Translations under genes and position numbers: made by a program
In this document: positions 39,341 through 54,794 of the stretch, piece by piece
How the letters are laid out: every line of letters starts with the position of its first letter
How positions within the stretch are numbered: position 1 is the first letter of the stretch
NCBI GenBank assembly: GCA_964016885.1
Contig: OZ024740.1
Coordinates: forward strand, 339,326,001-339,390,000
Length of the DNA stretch: 64,000 nt
Direction of reading: 5' to 3'
Origin: Eledone cirrhosa
Lineage: Eukaryota
Notes under the pieces: generated by a model
What the model was told of the DNA's origin: nothing
The model's input: only the letters and a program-made list of their open reading frames with translations
Databases searched by the model: none

Positions 39341-39842
39341 CTGAAAAAATTACAAGGAAAACACTTATGATCATCTGATTAATGAATTTAAATATGTGAA
39401 TTTAGAATCCAATCAAATTCGTACCTACATGCAAAAATTTTTGAAAAATGTCTTTAAAGTAACAGCTTAACAGTATTTCTCTTTAAGTTCTCTTTAACAC
39501 CAAATGTTCAGATTTTATTTAATATGTTACATACAACAGTGACAGATAATTAAACTAAACTTTTAATAGAAGTCAATGTTAAAACTAATTCTGTCTTCAA
39601 TCTTTCTAGATCTCTCTACTCATAACTACCAACTGTGTTAAACTCTTTCGGCATTCAAAGGCCTCAAGGAAAATGATCATAACATTTAAGTTATTACAGT
39701 GAATTATGCTTTTCAGTTCAACTCCAATTCTTACTAAATTCTGAAGATGTTACCTTATCTCTTCCTGCTCCTTCCCTTCCTCTGCCTCCTCCTTCTTTCC
39801 ATCCTCCATATTTTAACTATAAGATTACAGCTCAAGGTTTAC

Positions 39843-40094
39843 TTAACTCTTAATACCAAACCACATGAAACCACCCCATGTTCTACAATATAAAATTGTA
39901 TATTTTAAAGTGTTTATATTTATCTAAAATCCCTCCATCATAATTTATGTAAGAAGCTTTGCTATGGTCCAAACACCAGTTTAATAACAAGAAAGTTAGT
40001 TATATTACTAAATCCCTTCAAATTCTTAATTATTTTAAAATTTATTTGTAAAGCATAGTATCTTTTATTAGAAATAAGATATTGAAAGAGTTAA
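39843..40094. mobile_element. TTAA MITE family 1 copy
   Basis: ttaa-ctctt...aagag-ttaa termini. Confidence 0.7.
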
Positions 40095-42125
40095 GTTGTA
40101 ATCTTTGTTATAAAATAGGTTGATCAAATGGTTGTTTTAGTTTCTACATATGTCACTTACTCACCAGATGATGTTAATCTTATGCTTACTCAATAATTAA
40201 ATTAATGAAAGGTCTATTAAATAGCTGCTAATTATATTTGCGCAAATTAATTATATTTGTGAAAATTAATTTTATATACTAACTAAGGTTGGGAGGTCTC
40301 AAGAATCAAAATGTACAGTAAATTTGAACAATGAAACTTTAAATAATTAAATGATATAAATTATTACTTTAGAAAGACAATATTAGTTCTTGCTGTGGAA
40401 CAGGGAAACAGCTAACCAAAAATAGTTGACTTTTGTTTGGCGACAAATATTTAAAAACAGATGGGCTGCAAAATGTTTTCATTTTTAAGTAGTATTACCC
40501 AGCATACTGACTAAAGATACAGTAGGCATTCTGATTGGATGTTAAGGGGGAATAACAATAAAGAAAGAAAAGAATTATCGCATACATTTATGTAAATGTC
40601 GGATTTTTTAGACAATTTTTTTAGGTTACAATTATGGAGTCGACAATTATGGAGACTGATTCAAGGGGCTGAAATTCATACTACAATTCAAATGGATTCT
40701 AAATGAATGAAAGTAAAACAATAAATTATAGTAATAATGCCAATATTTGTATGCATCAAAATACACTTCATACTACCAAAATCCATAAATATTTCTATAT
40801 GCATACATAAGGAAATAATAGCAGCATAGTAAAATTAATTTCCGCATTGTAACATTTATATTCAGGATAATGCTTTGATTCACATATGTTGATCGGTTTC
40901 TGTGAAAAATGTGGGTTAAATTTTACATGAGATACAAGGAAAAAACCAAATGTGGGAGCAAAAAATAGAAGAGGGGGGGGGGGGGGGCTTTGCAGGAGAT
41001 CAACTTTTGCACGCATATATACAGTATATGACTGTGAAAGTATTACCACTATTTGAATTTTCCTTTAATGTAACTGAATTAACACCTCCAATTCTATGAT
41101 TATAAGAATCCTAAGACTGCAAAAGTGAGAAGGAAATCATAAGGTATAATTCTTACACGCAGTAAGAAATGTATTGAATTATGAATCTATATATAGTCAA
41201 TATACAAATAGATACATATGCATATGAGAACAAATATTTCTATAGAGATTTTCACATTCAAATAGAAAAAAAATGAATAAATTTAGTTTGATGCTTGCTG
41301 ACAAAAGTGCAAAACAAGCGTGAATTTACATAGTTCGTTATGACTTGCTGTGTAACATGCAATGAATTTGAAAATGGTAATTATCTACGAAACAAACTAA
41401 GGCTTAAGATATCAATGGAATGTTCAGAAGTACATTTTATATAGTGAATAAAGAATTAGATATCAACATAAAATTTATATTCACTTAACTTTATTCACTA
41501 TTCATTACTAATGATTAGAATTATCTTAAATTTTCATTTACTTTGTGTATGCATGTAACTGTGGGTATATACATGATTTTTATACGTGTACACAGACATA
41601 TACACACACACATATATATATGTGAGTGTGTCTAATTGTGTGAGTGTTGTGTTGGTGTAAACAAGAAGGAAAAGGAAAGTACACAATGCTGAAAGAAGAT
41701 CATGAAAAATAAAAAAGAAAGCTGAAATTTCAAATTTCCACTCTGAGTTTCACCTATCTAATTCTAAAAACAAATTTCGTTTTGAGAATCAGCAACATGA
41801 AACTCAGAGTCTCAGCTTAATAGATTATATATATGTGTGTGCTTGTGTGAGTGTGTATGTGCATACACACATGCACAGATATATATGTATATATAGAGAG
41901 TTGAGAAATCAACTTATGATATGACAAGAGGTGTTAAAGCTCAATGTGGTTTTACAATCGGCAATTTAAAAAATCATATGCATCTGCGGTATAATGCTAT
42001 ATACTAATTCCATATATATATATATAGCGTCCAAAACGTTAAGACCCTCTTCCTGCTACATGAAGCGTTAACTTAATATATCCCTTCCATATACTGTACC
42101 GATTGTGTTGTTATTTCTGTTTACC

Positions 42126-42212
<87 letters not shown>

Positions 42213-45200
42213 CATACACATATTTATATACATATATGTTTGTGTACTTAATAACAATTATTACAACATTTGTTTAGGTTACCTATCAGTTTCATGTGAA
42301 ATCATGCCATAAACTGTGTTAAATATACACAGTTGTAGAAAGCACATTTCATCAGGCCCAATATGTTTATAACATGATTGTTCAGTAGTCTGTGAGATAG
42401 AAGGAAGGAAAGAAACAATATATATTGTTATCATAGTGTTTTGAGTAGCTTGTAGTTCATATGTACACTTTTTTCTTTGTCTTCCTTATTCATCAAAAGA
42501 TAAAATTGTAACTCATACTGTGATATGTTGTGTCTCATCTTGTATTTCAATCCCTAGCAGCTAATCTCTATTAGCTGCTGGTGCATTGGGATGAACTATA
42601 GTATCCTTATAATAAACTGAAATTGTGGTGATTCCTAGTGGATAGATGATAAAAAACGAACGCATCTGGGTCTGTTCTGCTCCAACATTCTGGTCTCTCT
42701 TTTTGTCCAGCTTTCTGGTATCTGTTGTTCTCATTGTCAATGCTCAGACTTTGAGTTACATATATGGTAGCCACAATCATGCTCCTTTAAAATCGTATAG
42801 GAGTGGGAGAGGAACTTTTGATTTTTCACTCTGTATAAAGCTTGTTACAAAAATGAAAATGATGTTAGTTTATTTATAAGTCAACAAAAGTTAAAGCTAA
42901 CAGGAAACAAGAAACAATGTTTTTTATACTTTCCTTAAAATAATTAACAATAAAAGTGAAGCAATTCCCAAACAGGACTTGGAACTGGAACATATATATA
43001 TATATTTTTAGTTTCTAGCCATTTCATTGCAGATAGGGTGGGGCACCACCTTAAAGGGACACATTTGATCTTATCAACCCCAGTACTTATTTTATCAAAT
43101 CTGGCACTAATTTTATTAATCTCTTTTTATCAAACTGTCAAGTTACTCAGCAGAGACAAATGTACACAGAAACATGAGGAACACACATATATATATACAT
43201 ATACTTTACTTATATACATTATATATATATTTGAGAGAGAGAGAGAGAGCGTTGTACAGCCAGCTTCTGCTCAGTTTTCCTCTAACAAATTCCACTCACA
43301 AGACATTGGTCAACTCAAGGCTAGAGTGGAAGACACGTGCCCACTTGCCCAAGGTGCCATGCAGTAGTACTTAGCCTGAAACCATGCTGTTGTAAAGTGA
43401 GATCTTTAACACAACCATATATAAAACAGATATAAATGGTAAGATGTAAATTAATGTGCAAGTGGCTGAGCATGACACAGTGTGTGACAAGATTACCTCA
43501 TTGAATTAGCTGGGTGGACTGTGAAATAAAGTGTCTTGAGAATCAAACTCATGAATTTATCATTGCCAGTCAAACATTCTAACCATTAAGCCATGTGCCT
43601 TCACAGACACATATGTATACATACATACATACATGCATACATATATATATATATAGTCTCTGCTTTTCTTTATTTCCGGAAATATGATGAAAATTCAAAC
43701 AGAAAAATTCCGTTATGTCACCTAGAATTTTAGTTTTAAGGCAGTTTGTTTTCCCATATATCATTCTAGCATCAAATGGGAATTTGAGTAGTGTTGTAAT
43801 TAGTAGAAAGCTACAGTGCAATTAGCATTTACATTCACCCTTTTCGTGGTTGCCTTTTTAACTGACATTTCAGTGAAACAATTTCTTATGATGCTATCAA
43901 CGCAATTCTAATTGGTTGTGAATAATTTTTGTCTTTTTTTTCCTGATTGTCATGTTTCCTTATTTACCACACCCTGTGTATATTATTTGAAGACCACCAG
44001 TTGATAAGCTCATATTTTGTTGGCTTGGTTTCCTTTGAAGTAACTAATTTATACTTTTCCAATAAATTACTTTATCAAGAAACAAGCAGATAAAATAGAA
44101 AATTTTCCAAACAAAGGTTTTTTTTAAATTAAAAAACAAGACTGATAAAACAAATGTATTTGCTTGAATGTTGACTTGCAAATTCTTATAAAGATTCCAA
44201 CATTTCATTAGTATAATTTTTTTTTTTTTTGCATTTGATTTTTGATTTTTTTTTTTCAGTTGTTTTAATTAACCAACTCTTATTGTCGTGTTTTTTTTTA
44301 AACCTAGTCTTTTAGGCAATATTATCTCTATTATTAAACAGTTTTCTTTGCAGCAAAATTGTCACAGTAGTATTGTTTCCCCAACATATAGAGCAAGGAA
44401 TAAAAGACTCCAGATATTGATGTTTACAGGCAACAATACTTTGCTTTAGACATACACAGCTTTCTAATTGTTCTTTCGTTCAGTCTTTTCCTTTTTTATA
44501 GCATTTTCTTTATAGTGATTTTATCTTACTCTGGATTACAATAAACTGAAGCCAAAGAAAGCTTGAAATGCTTATTTAGTTAATCCCTGCTAAGCCTTTC
44601 ACTGTAATGACTATTATACTCCTGTTGAACCATCTGGTGAGCCAACAAACACATATCTACAGGATCTCTTGACTTGCTAAAAATAGTTACAACATCTACC
44701 TCACATTACAACATAGGAAGAGGCACCTTCCTAACACATGTATCATCTTATGCATTTTATACCTTACAGTGACCACCACTCTCCAGGTCTGAGTATGCCC
44801 AATTTTTTCCAGAGAAAGAGAGAGAAAATCGTTGAGATAGAGGAAGAATTCACCCCCATAGTAGTGTGGTACAGTATTTATCAACCCTGAAAAGATGATA
44901 AGCAAAGTTGACCTTATGTCTATGCCAATCCCCTTTCCCCAAAGACATGAGGTTACCACCACTGCTTTCTCTCTCTCACACACAGACTCACAGATTCTTA
45001 CCACCCTCTTTCCATTTTGACAGACTTTGTACATCACAAAATCACCAACTTTAATATAATAGATTCTACAGAACTCACTGATTGTAACTCCTTGCTTTAC
45101 ATACTCTACCACTACTGGACTACATTATGTTCTCCATAAAACTTGTTACTTCAGCTTCTCTGTACCTTATAACCTGTTTATTTATATGATTTGACATACT

Positions 45201-45275
45201 TCATTTCAGACATTATTCTTTCAATTTCATATCTACCTAATACACACTAGCCTTCAGTGCTCTGAAGCCCTATAT

Positions 45276-45599
45276 CAGAGGTTCTCAAAGTAGGTGCTAC
45301 CACCCGAGGGATGCAGGGGCTTGAGAAGGTCCAGGGAGGCATTGGGGCCTAAGGTGGCACTAAGTGGGGTAAAGATGATATAATAGTATATTAAATATCA
45401 AATGATACATATGATATACAAATATAGTAAAATAAAAAATATATATTTATTTATTTATGCATAGTATATATTATATTATTTATTATATATAATTTACAAT
45501 TTGCATATAGGCAGGTCTCTCTGTAAATAGGGTTGGGGGCGCTGAGGGTATTATGTGGCTATGGGGGGAGCGGTGGCCCAAGAAGTTTAAGAACCTCTG
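45276..45599. mobile_element. hAT MITE
   Basis: TIRs cagaggttctcaaa / tttaagaacctctg (13/14). TSD ccctatat / ctctatgt (6/8). Confidence 0.85.
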
Positions 45600-47811
45600 C
45601 TCTATGTTAGCTGTCCTAATGCCATAGCCTGTAAACTAAGAAAGCCCACACAGTATGTGTAAAACCCTTCCCTCTTTTCCAAAGATGTATAAGAATGCCA
45701 GAATCTACCCAAGTCCAAATAAAAGAACAATATTCTGGGACTAATAAAACTAAAGTGTAGTCAATATTTCTTCTTCTGTTTCACCAGATGCTGCATTGTT
45801 AATAAAATTCCTTTTATATATTCTTAATAAGATTATCTTCCTATTTAACAAAGTCAAATTTACTTAATGATACTCTAATGCATACAATTTGATGTGTCCT
45901 CTTTATAAATAGAAAGTGTTTGATGTTTCCCATACACTGCTATGCAAAATTCAATAAACCACATTTAGAATTTGTACTATTTTGTTTTATTTTTACATAA
46001 ATACAATATTATTTATATTTATGTCAATATAAACTGTTCATGCTGTTTTCTATTTAACCAATTACTAACAACTGATGTATAGATATTGCTGTCATTTTTC
46101 CATTACTTCTCTCTCTTATCATCCAACCACTCTGTTTCATTCATCACATTTATACACTTTTCTCTTCCTTTGGTCATGTTTTCCTTCAAAGAACAGAGAA
46201 TTGGTAAAAATAATTCTTTAGCTATGCAGGAGACAAACAACCCCTCTAGTATTGGTGTCAGGATAAGAATGCACTTAGTACACTCTGATAAGGAGTTGGT
46301 ATAAGGAAGAGCATCAAGCCATAGAAACCATGCCAAAAATAGAATCTGTAAGCAAACAATGGCAACAATTCTAAATATGAACTGACTCTGACCATGACAA
46401 CCCATCCAACCAATGCCAGCATAGAAAGTGGACATAAAATAAGGATGATGGTATTGTTTGTGATAACTAATTATTTCTGTGAGATAGTTGTGAAAATATT
46501 GATAAATTTAAATCCATAAACTATAATTTTCATAATAAAACACTTCATGATGCAGCTAACAATTTCAAACTAAAATTATTTACATTGTAAGGTTTAGTTC
46601 ACACTGAAAACTACAAAATTCTAAACACTTTAAAATTTTCTAAAGAGAAGATGTAATAATGATGGATTTCATGAGGCATCAACTAAAAAGTTAACTTCTT
46701 TTTCCCTTTTCCTCTCTGTAACTCTGATGGAAATTCTTGCTTGGGTTGATAGAAGCTATAATGATAAGCATCAATAAAAATTATGATTTAATTATCGTTT
46801 TTCTATCATCTATTTCATAAATCTAACTTCATTTATCATGAGAGTATGAAAAGGGTTAAGGGTATTTTAGGGAGAATTATTACTCAGAAATGGGAAGCAA
46901 AGCTTGAAGATATTTCATGCTTCTTTTATTATTTTATTTTCCTGTTCTGTTCAGTGTCAAGTTTCATCCTTTGATGTTTAAATTTTCAACCCAAGAGAAA
47001 TATCTGATTTAACATATACACATACATATACAAAAAAAAAGAGGAGAGGGGAAAAAAATTAAAAGCTAGAAAACTAGAAAGAATTTTGAAATAAGCAAAG
47101 AGATGCAACAATTTGTGATATCTGAAACATCACTTAAAATGTAAGCTTTTGATATGGAATTTTCCCATTCATAATGTTAAAATGTAAATCGTAGTATTTT
47201 TAATCATCTGAGAATAACACTTAAAATATTTGCTAAATTAGTATTTTAGAGAGTTTTACAATTTTACCCATTTTTAGTTCCAGTTTATTCCTCAAAATTC
47301 TTATTTCTTTTGATTCTACTAATTAGTGTCTAACCATTTTACAAGATTAGCTACTAAATATTCATTGATAAAGCTAAATATTTCACATGCCAGCAGCTTT
47401 GATGTTTGAAATCAGTTAGAGTAGTTTTATATTGAAGACCAATTCTCTGATCCATTTTATTCTCAAGAGACCAGGCTCTCATCTGTAATTTATGTGTCTA
47501 TTTATTTATTTAGCTTTACTTTTGATAAACAAGCCTGCAGTCAGGTGTACTAGTCAAGCATTAGTTCTTATTACAAGGTTAAAATCATTTCACTCTGACT
47601 GAAGTTGTGTCTAACATTACCAGACATTGCTGTCTGATTATTTAAAGAGAATAAAGTAAATGAAGGAAATAAAACACACACAAAAGAAGAAAAAAATACA
47701 AATATCTCAAAGTCTACAAGATCACATAACAAATTAGTTTTTGAGAGTTTGTTTAATATATTGAATATTAAGTATAGTATGTTTGTATTACAACTTTTTA
47801 CTTTCTTGTAG

Positions 47812-47861
47812 AATTCGCCAACCTTATCGGTTTCTGAGAGGAGAGCTAATAGAATTCATAG
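47812..47861 (+). CDS. Candidate 50-nt internal exon, host gene unknown
   Basis: Acceptor ctttttactttcttgtag and donor AG|gtactt. Two frames are open (NSPTLSVSERRANRIH or IRQPYRFLRGELIEFI). Non-repetitive sequence. Confidence 0.4.
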
Positions 47862-49154
47862 GTACTTCCCCCTCCTCATCACCTGACTAAAACCAGATGA
47901 AAACTTCTTGGTGCTGATATTACAGAAAACTAAACTGAAGCTACTGTAATCTAAATGTAATACAGTTTTTTTTTTTTTGTTACTTATTTCATAAAACAGT
48001 TCTAAATATGATATATCATTAATTAAATGTTTATGAACTTCTTTTAATTACATTATCGAAAGTATACATTAAATTTGACTGAAGCAACATTTCTTGATGA
48101 AATTTTAATGTGCTGGCGTAATCATTTATGCCAAGGTGGAGAGAAATTCAGCAATAGTCAATATGTCTACATAGACATATATGTGTATATCTACTGCAGG
48201 AATGCATGTAACTATCTGTATATATGCAGTAAGTAGTTATTTTATATAGAAATTACTTCTATAAGACTAGAGCTGTTTCATTCATATGAAATCATCAAGA
48301 AAGTCAGATAAAATTGGTCAGTATCCAGTATCGTTATTTATAGTTTTTGGGGGAAAGATGTCAAGTGTCATAATCGGGGAATGAGGAAAGAGAGGTGATA
48401 GGAAGGGGATGAAGGGGAGAAGGTAGTGTAGAAAACAATGAAATGAAGGTGAAGTAGTTGGATGGAGAAAAAAAAAGATTAAATATATATATATATATTT
48501 GTACTACACATCAACATTTGATCTCAACATAGATGTATATCTGTCAAAATACCTCTACTATGTAGATATATACCTTCAACAGATCTCTATTAGATAAAGC
48601 CATATATATCTATCAGTATATATCTATGACTTAAATATCTATGATGATATTTCTACAATATCATCATCATCATCATCATGTATCTGCTTTCTATGCTGGC
48701 ATGGATTGGACGGGTTCTCATGGTCTGAGACAAGATAGATCAGAACAACCCATCATGTTCACATATCCCATATTTGGCATGGTTTCTATGGTGGGATGCT
48801 CTTTTTAATGTTATTACCACTTTACATAGTATACTGGGTGCATTTTTACAAGACACCAACATTAAAATCTTACAGGATGCAGTGGGGACATTTTATCATG
48901 GTGCTAACACTAGAAAGGTAGTCACATGCTCATCCAAACTGAAGGGTCCTCTTAAACCTTATATTATTTCCGTTTGATCAAAAGCACCGTAGCCTTCAGC
49001 CACTCACTACATTTACTTTCTGTGTTGCAGTACTTGTACATGTGAGTGGTTCTTTTGTATTATGGTATATTACCAGTTAGCTTGGTCCTATGTCACTCCT
49101 TCATGAAGTTCTGTTACTACATTAGACACCTATTTATCACCGTATCTCTACTAC

Positions 49155-49612
49155 ATATAGACATCTGTCTGTCAACATATCTATACCACATATAGATATC
49201 TATCCATATATAGATATCTATCACATATAGATACCTATCCATTAACATATCTCTACTTTATATAGACATCTATCTGACAACATATCTATACCACATATAG
49301 ACATCTATCTGTCAACATATCTATACCACATATAGACATCTATCTGTCAACATATCTATACCACATATAGACATCTATCTGTCAACATATCTATACCACA
49401 TATAGACATCTATCTGTCAACATATCTATACCACATATAGACATCTATCTGTCAACATATCTATACCACATATAGATATCTATCCATAAATATATCTATA
49501 CCACATATAGATATCTATCCATCAACATATCTTCACTATATAGACATCTATCTGTTAACATATTTGTATCACATATAGATATCTATCCATCAATATATCT
49601 GTACCACATAGA
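49155..49612. repeat. 35-bp minisatellite (atatagacatctatctgtcaacatatctataccac)
   Basis: Five identical units at 49295-49469, with diverged units on both sides. Confidence 0.95.
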
Positions 49613-52276
49613 CATATATTCATCTAGGGGTACTAACCAAGGAGCCTCTACATGTGGTACTCAACCAGCAAAAATAGCAACCAAATTTCCTTTAAATCCC
49701 ACTATACCTTCTTAGAATATGACACCTGAAGTTCTGGGATCTGTGCATATTAAATAAAGATAGAATAGTCATGGTTGGAATGCCTTTGATTAAATGTTTG
49801 TTTGATCAAGTCTGTGCTGGAGTAAACAACAACAATAACAACAATATAACTATCTGCATGTCTTTTCTACTATGTCACCTTTAAATATGAGACATTTGAT
49901 TCAGGAGAACAAAAAAATTCCAATAAGTAAATAAATAAATGAAAAAGAAAAACATACAATATTTATAGAATAAAATAACTAATTAAATTTTCCTCAAATT
50001 ATCAATTAAAAAGCTGTTTTGTTTAGTTAAATCTGAATAAAACAAGAAAAAAAAACATGAATTGATAAATACAATAAGATTAGTTAAAGAAACAAATCTT
50101 TTGTATGTGCATAGGATTGCATTTTTTCACAGGAAATATTCTGAGGATTCCATCATCATCATTACAAGCTTAATGTCTTCTATTCTTTTTTATCCTTTTC
50201 TAAAATTCCTCACTGCACCATTGCATCTTTCTTTCAAGTGCAGTAGCATTATTGTTTAGTGCAGAGACAGACCCAAACAATTTTCATTTTCTTTTTATTC
50301 TACTGCATTATGCTGCTGTTTCTTCTATTTTAGGATTCTGATGCACCAATTTCAAATGAGTAGATTATCCCTAAAAGGAAATTACCACATCTATTCCTTG
50401 TTTTTCTTATTATTTATTGTCACTTTTTTTAAAGTTCATGTCTCTAACCAAGAGAGAGAAAAAAAATTGGTTTTGAATTAAATTAACGGTAAAAACCCCC
50501 AACAATATGAGATCAATAATAAACAAGGAAAGGTAATTTCCTTTCTGTAGTTTTATATTTATTTTAACTGTGGTAAAATGACAATATTTCTGCAAATTAC
50601 TGCAATCAAGAAATATCCAGAATAGCAGCTTTGTTTATTTACCATTGTTTTGCCCCATGTCATCTCATTAAAGCACACTACAACTGTCTTTAAGAAATCT
50701 CTCAGAAACTATGTTTTTCTGTTTTCCCTGAGAACATTGTGAAGGCACATAGCCTAGTGGTTAAATGATTAAGCTCACAATCATGAGGTTGTGGGCTTGA
50801 TTCTCAGGTTGAACAAGGCACTTCATTTCACATTGCTCCAGTTCACTCAAAAAATGAAAAAAATTAATACCAGCTGGAGCAGATGGTGTTTAACTATATG
50901 ACAGCCTACTGTCCTGTCCAGAGAGGAGTCTTGTACAGTCAGCCACTTATTGCTAATGAAACTAAGCTGTAGCATGATGAAGCTCTAGGAGTGAAACAGA
51001 CTTCAACATTTTTCAACTAAGAAAATTATATTTTTTTCTTTTGTTTATTTAATCTTCCCCAAAACAAACCTAACTCACATTTCTCTTGCCCATCCCTGTA
51101 GATCAAGCCAGAGGAAAGGGGTGGCAGGTTGGCTAGTTAGCACAGGTCAGTGATTTTAAGTAAGGCCTACTCACATCAAGTTCTAGATCTTTTAGTGAGC
51201 TCTGTTATTTATAAGTATGTCATGTTAATTAGATTACCTCTAACACACAAATAAATCATATGGCTACTAAAATACTTAATGAGCAGTTTGAAATGGAGTC
51301 TACATTTCATATCTAGCCTGGGCTATAACCAGCTTGATGGAGTGGGGAGGTGCTACATTTTACATCTGGCCTGGGCCTATTACTAACTTTGCAGAAACCT
51401 GCCTGACAGGAGTCATATGGTCCATAGTCATAAAATCCTTGTTCATGTGAAGATCATTCTGTATTGGTGACAGGAAGAGTATCCAGTCATAGAAAACTTG
51501 TCAAACAATGGGTTGAGAGGAATCTTCAGTTATGTCAAAAACATGACAACCCCCTTAGTGCATGTGCCATGATAGAAGGCATGCAGTGCACTCTGTAAAG
51601 TACAAGAATGTATGTTAGCAAGAGGTGGTCTCCTGGCCTATGTGAGAGGCCAGTGGCTCGGATTAAGTACTGACTTGGTTGGTTGACAACCTATCGAACC
51701 CTTACTACCAGGGAAAACTGATACCACAAGATGATGATATGATATGTGTGTGTGTTTCAAACATATATACTTTAGTATACAAATTATTTTAGTTTTTAAG
51801 CAATGTTTGTGTTTGGTGTAGAGAGAATGCTTTCTTAAAGTTCAATATCAGAGTTGATGCTATTTTAAAACCAAATAAGTCTCTGGACAGGTCACTGAGG
51901 GTATGAAATGGCAGGAATTGCTACGGTTAGGTCAATTTCTTTAGACTTTTAATAGAAATCTTACAATTGCATCAATATAATTTGACAATCTACAGACAAA
52001 CAATGCTTCAGATTTACATTTTGGTTTGATAATTGGTTTCAGTAAAATACACTGTCGTACATATGTATGCGGATTGAAATGGACCTCTGTCAGATTCGAC
52101 GATGAGTGTTCCAGTTGTTTTATTTTGGATCGGCCTACTCATGGAATTAATATGTAAGTGGCTGAGCATTCCACAGATGTACACTTAACGTAATTCTCAG
52201 GGAGATTCAGTGTAACATAAGACATGACAAGGCTGGTCCATTAAATTACAAGTACTGTCCATCCGATGGGCTTTAA

Positions 52277-52483
52277 CCCCTTAGCATTTATATTGCTCTA
52301 TATATACTATTACATTTTTGTGGTAAAGGCTTTATTTCACATAATATCAAATCTATGAGATTTTGATATTATTTATTTTGAGGACAATACGTTAACATCA
52401 GTATGAATGGCTAGTTATGGCCAGTTTGAACAGAAAGAGGTGAGAGAATTAAGCCGGATATGGCCAGTTTAAATGCTAAAGGG
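52277..52483. mobile_element. piggyBac-type MITE family 2
   Basis: TTAA-ccccttagcattta ... taaatgctaaaggg-TTAA, inserted into SINE sequence. Confidence 0.85.
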
Positions 52484-53651
52484 TTAAACAGTTTCCATCT
52501 ATCCAGTTTCACTCACAAGGCTTGGCTCAACTCAAAATCCAGGCCTCATAATAGCGAAGCAAACTTCTAAACCACTCAGCCATGCTTGTGTCTACATACA
52601 CACATATGTATGCTGGTGCCACATTAAAATGCACTTAGTACACTCTGTAAAGTGATTGTGTTTGTACCATGATAAAATCCACCCAGTACACTCTGTGGTA
52701 AAGTTGATTCCACAATAAAATCTACACAGCACATTCTGTAACTGGGGAGGGATGAGTAAAGACTCAGCTATAAAAACCTTGCCAAAATGGACTGTATCTG
52801 AGCAAGACATAGTTCCGTGACCTGTGTAAGACTTGGTTTCTAACAATCATCCAACCCATACCACCGTAGAAATGTGGATGTAAAATGATGTACAGACAGC
52901 TTTGTTTAAAAGGAGGAGGAAGGATGATCTGAGAGAATTAATGACTTGGCAATCAAAAACTTCAGCTGATATTTATATAATAGCTGCATCTTGATTTTGA
53001 GAACTGCCATCACTCGATTCTTCTCTCACACATGGGTGGCACAAACATGGCGTTTTAGTCCTTCCAAGGACTTACATCCTTTCTGCATAAGCTGCAGCAG
53101 AAAAAATAAAAATACCCCTTATCAGATATGGCCAGCCAAGCTCATGCAACACGTGAAGATCAAGTGATACCTGTGCTTGAAGCTTTTTCAAGTGAAGAAA
53201 GGAATGATAGCTTCCATGATCTGGACACCTGACTTAAATGGAGGTTCAGCCCCTATGTATCTTGAGTGGAAGGTGGTTAAGTATGGTATACTGTAGGTAT
53301 GTGAATGTTTATGATTTAGTTGTTAGGGTGTTGAGCTCATGATCATAAGGCTATGACCTCAGTTCCCAAACTGGGCAGCACATTATGTCCTTAAGCAATA
53401 CATTTTATTTCATGTTGCTCTAGTTCAGTTAGCTGAGAAAAAAATGATATGCGATGTCACTGGTGCCAAGAAATAGAGATCCTTGTCTTTCCCTTGGACA
53501 AGCTCATAACAAAGAGCATGAAAAGTCAATATGGATAGCAATATGTTGTATAGCAGATCTATCCAACCCAGTCTAGAATGGAAAAAACAGTTGTTAAAGT
53601 GGCTTCAATGTTATTGTTAATCTTGTTGATGTGGTTGTTGCTGATGCACTC

Positions 53652-53777
53652 ATCCTCCTCCTCCTCTTCCACCTCATCATCATCATCATCATCTTCTTCT
53701 TCTTCTTCTTCTTCTTCTTCTTCTTCTTCTTCTTCTTCTTCTTCTTCTTCTTCTTCTTCTTCTTCTTCTTCTTCTTC
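53652..53777. repeat. (TCC)/(TCA)/(TCT)n compound microsatellite
   Basis: Direct reading. Confidence 0.97.
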
Positions 53778-53946
53778 AAAGGAAGGTGGAGTTAATAGCA
53801 CCAACAATATAAAACTAAAGACCATATCACACAGTAATCATGTGATATTTCAGATTTGAAATAATGATATATACACATTCATTTATACACTTGTACATGT
53901 ATGTATGTATATAGATATATTATACATACACACACACATGCACATT

Positions 53947-53979
<33 letters not shown>

Positions 53980-54289
53980 ATAAATATATATATGCTTTGA
54001 TACAAACATTGATGCACATATATTCATATATAATTTAAATATATGTGTATATGCATGTATGGGTGCTGGGAATAAGGATTCACCATAACTTCTCTATATA
54101 TTGGGTGGTGGAGACGATGTTTGCTGCATTATATTATTTATATTATTTTCATATATTAAATATTTGTTTTATATTGCTGGACCAGTAAATATTCCATTTG
54201 TGAAATCAATGGAACAACAGCAAGATCAAATGTAAATCTAGCATTTTTTCTATAATTCCTTTTTAGAATTTGTTTGCAACTATGCCCTT

Positions 54290-54536
54290 CTGTATGTGTG
54301 AGTGTGTATGTATGTATGTGTGTGTGTATTTATATGTATATATATGTATCTATATGTATGTCTCCATATAAATATATATATATATATGTGTGTGTGTGTG
54401 TATATATATATATGTGTGTATATATATATATGTGTGTATATATATATATATATATGTGTGTGTGTATATATATATATATATAATATATATATATATTATA
54501 TTATATATATATATATTATATATATATATATAATAT

Positions 54537-54570
<34 letters not shown>

Positions 54571-54700
54571 ATATAATATATATATACTGTATATTATATT
54601 ATATATATATATATAATATATATATATATACTGTATATTATATTATATATATATATATAATATATATATATATAATATATATATATACTGTTTATTATAT

Positions 54701-54794
<94 letters not shown>

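Noticed and set aside
42646-42879. 77-aa ORF with signal-peptide-like hydrophobic stretch
   Set aside because: No homology recognised and no supporting gene structure; expected by chance in T-rich DNA
49155-49612. CRISPR-like 35-bp periodicity
   Set aside because: Units are contiguous with no unique spacers, there are no cas genes, and the context is eukaryotic
53559-53859. Poly-E/poly-S/poly-K ORFs (also 13750-14061)
   Set aside because: (TCT)n microsatellite translations
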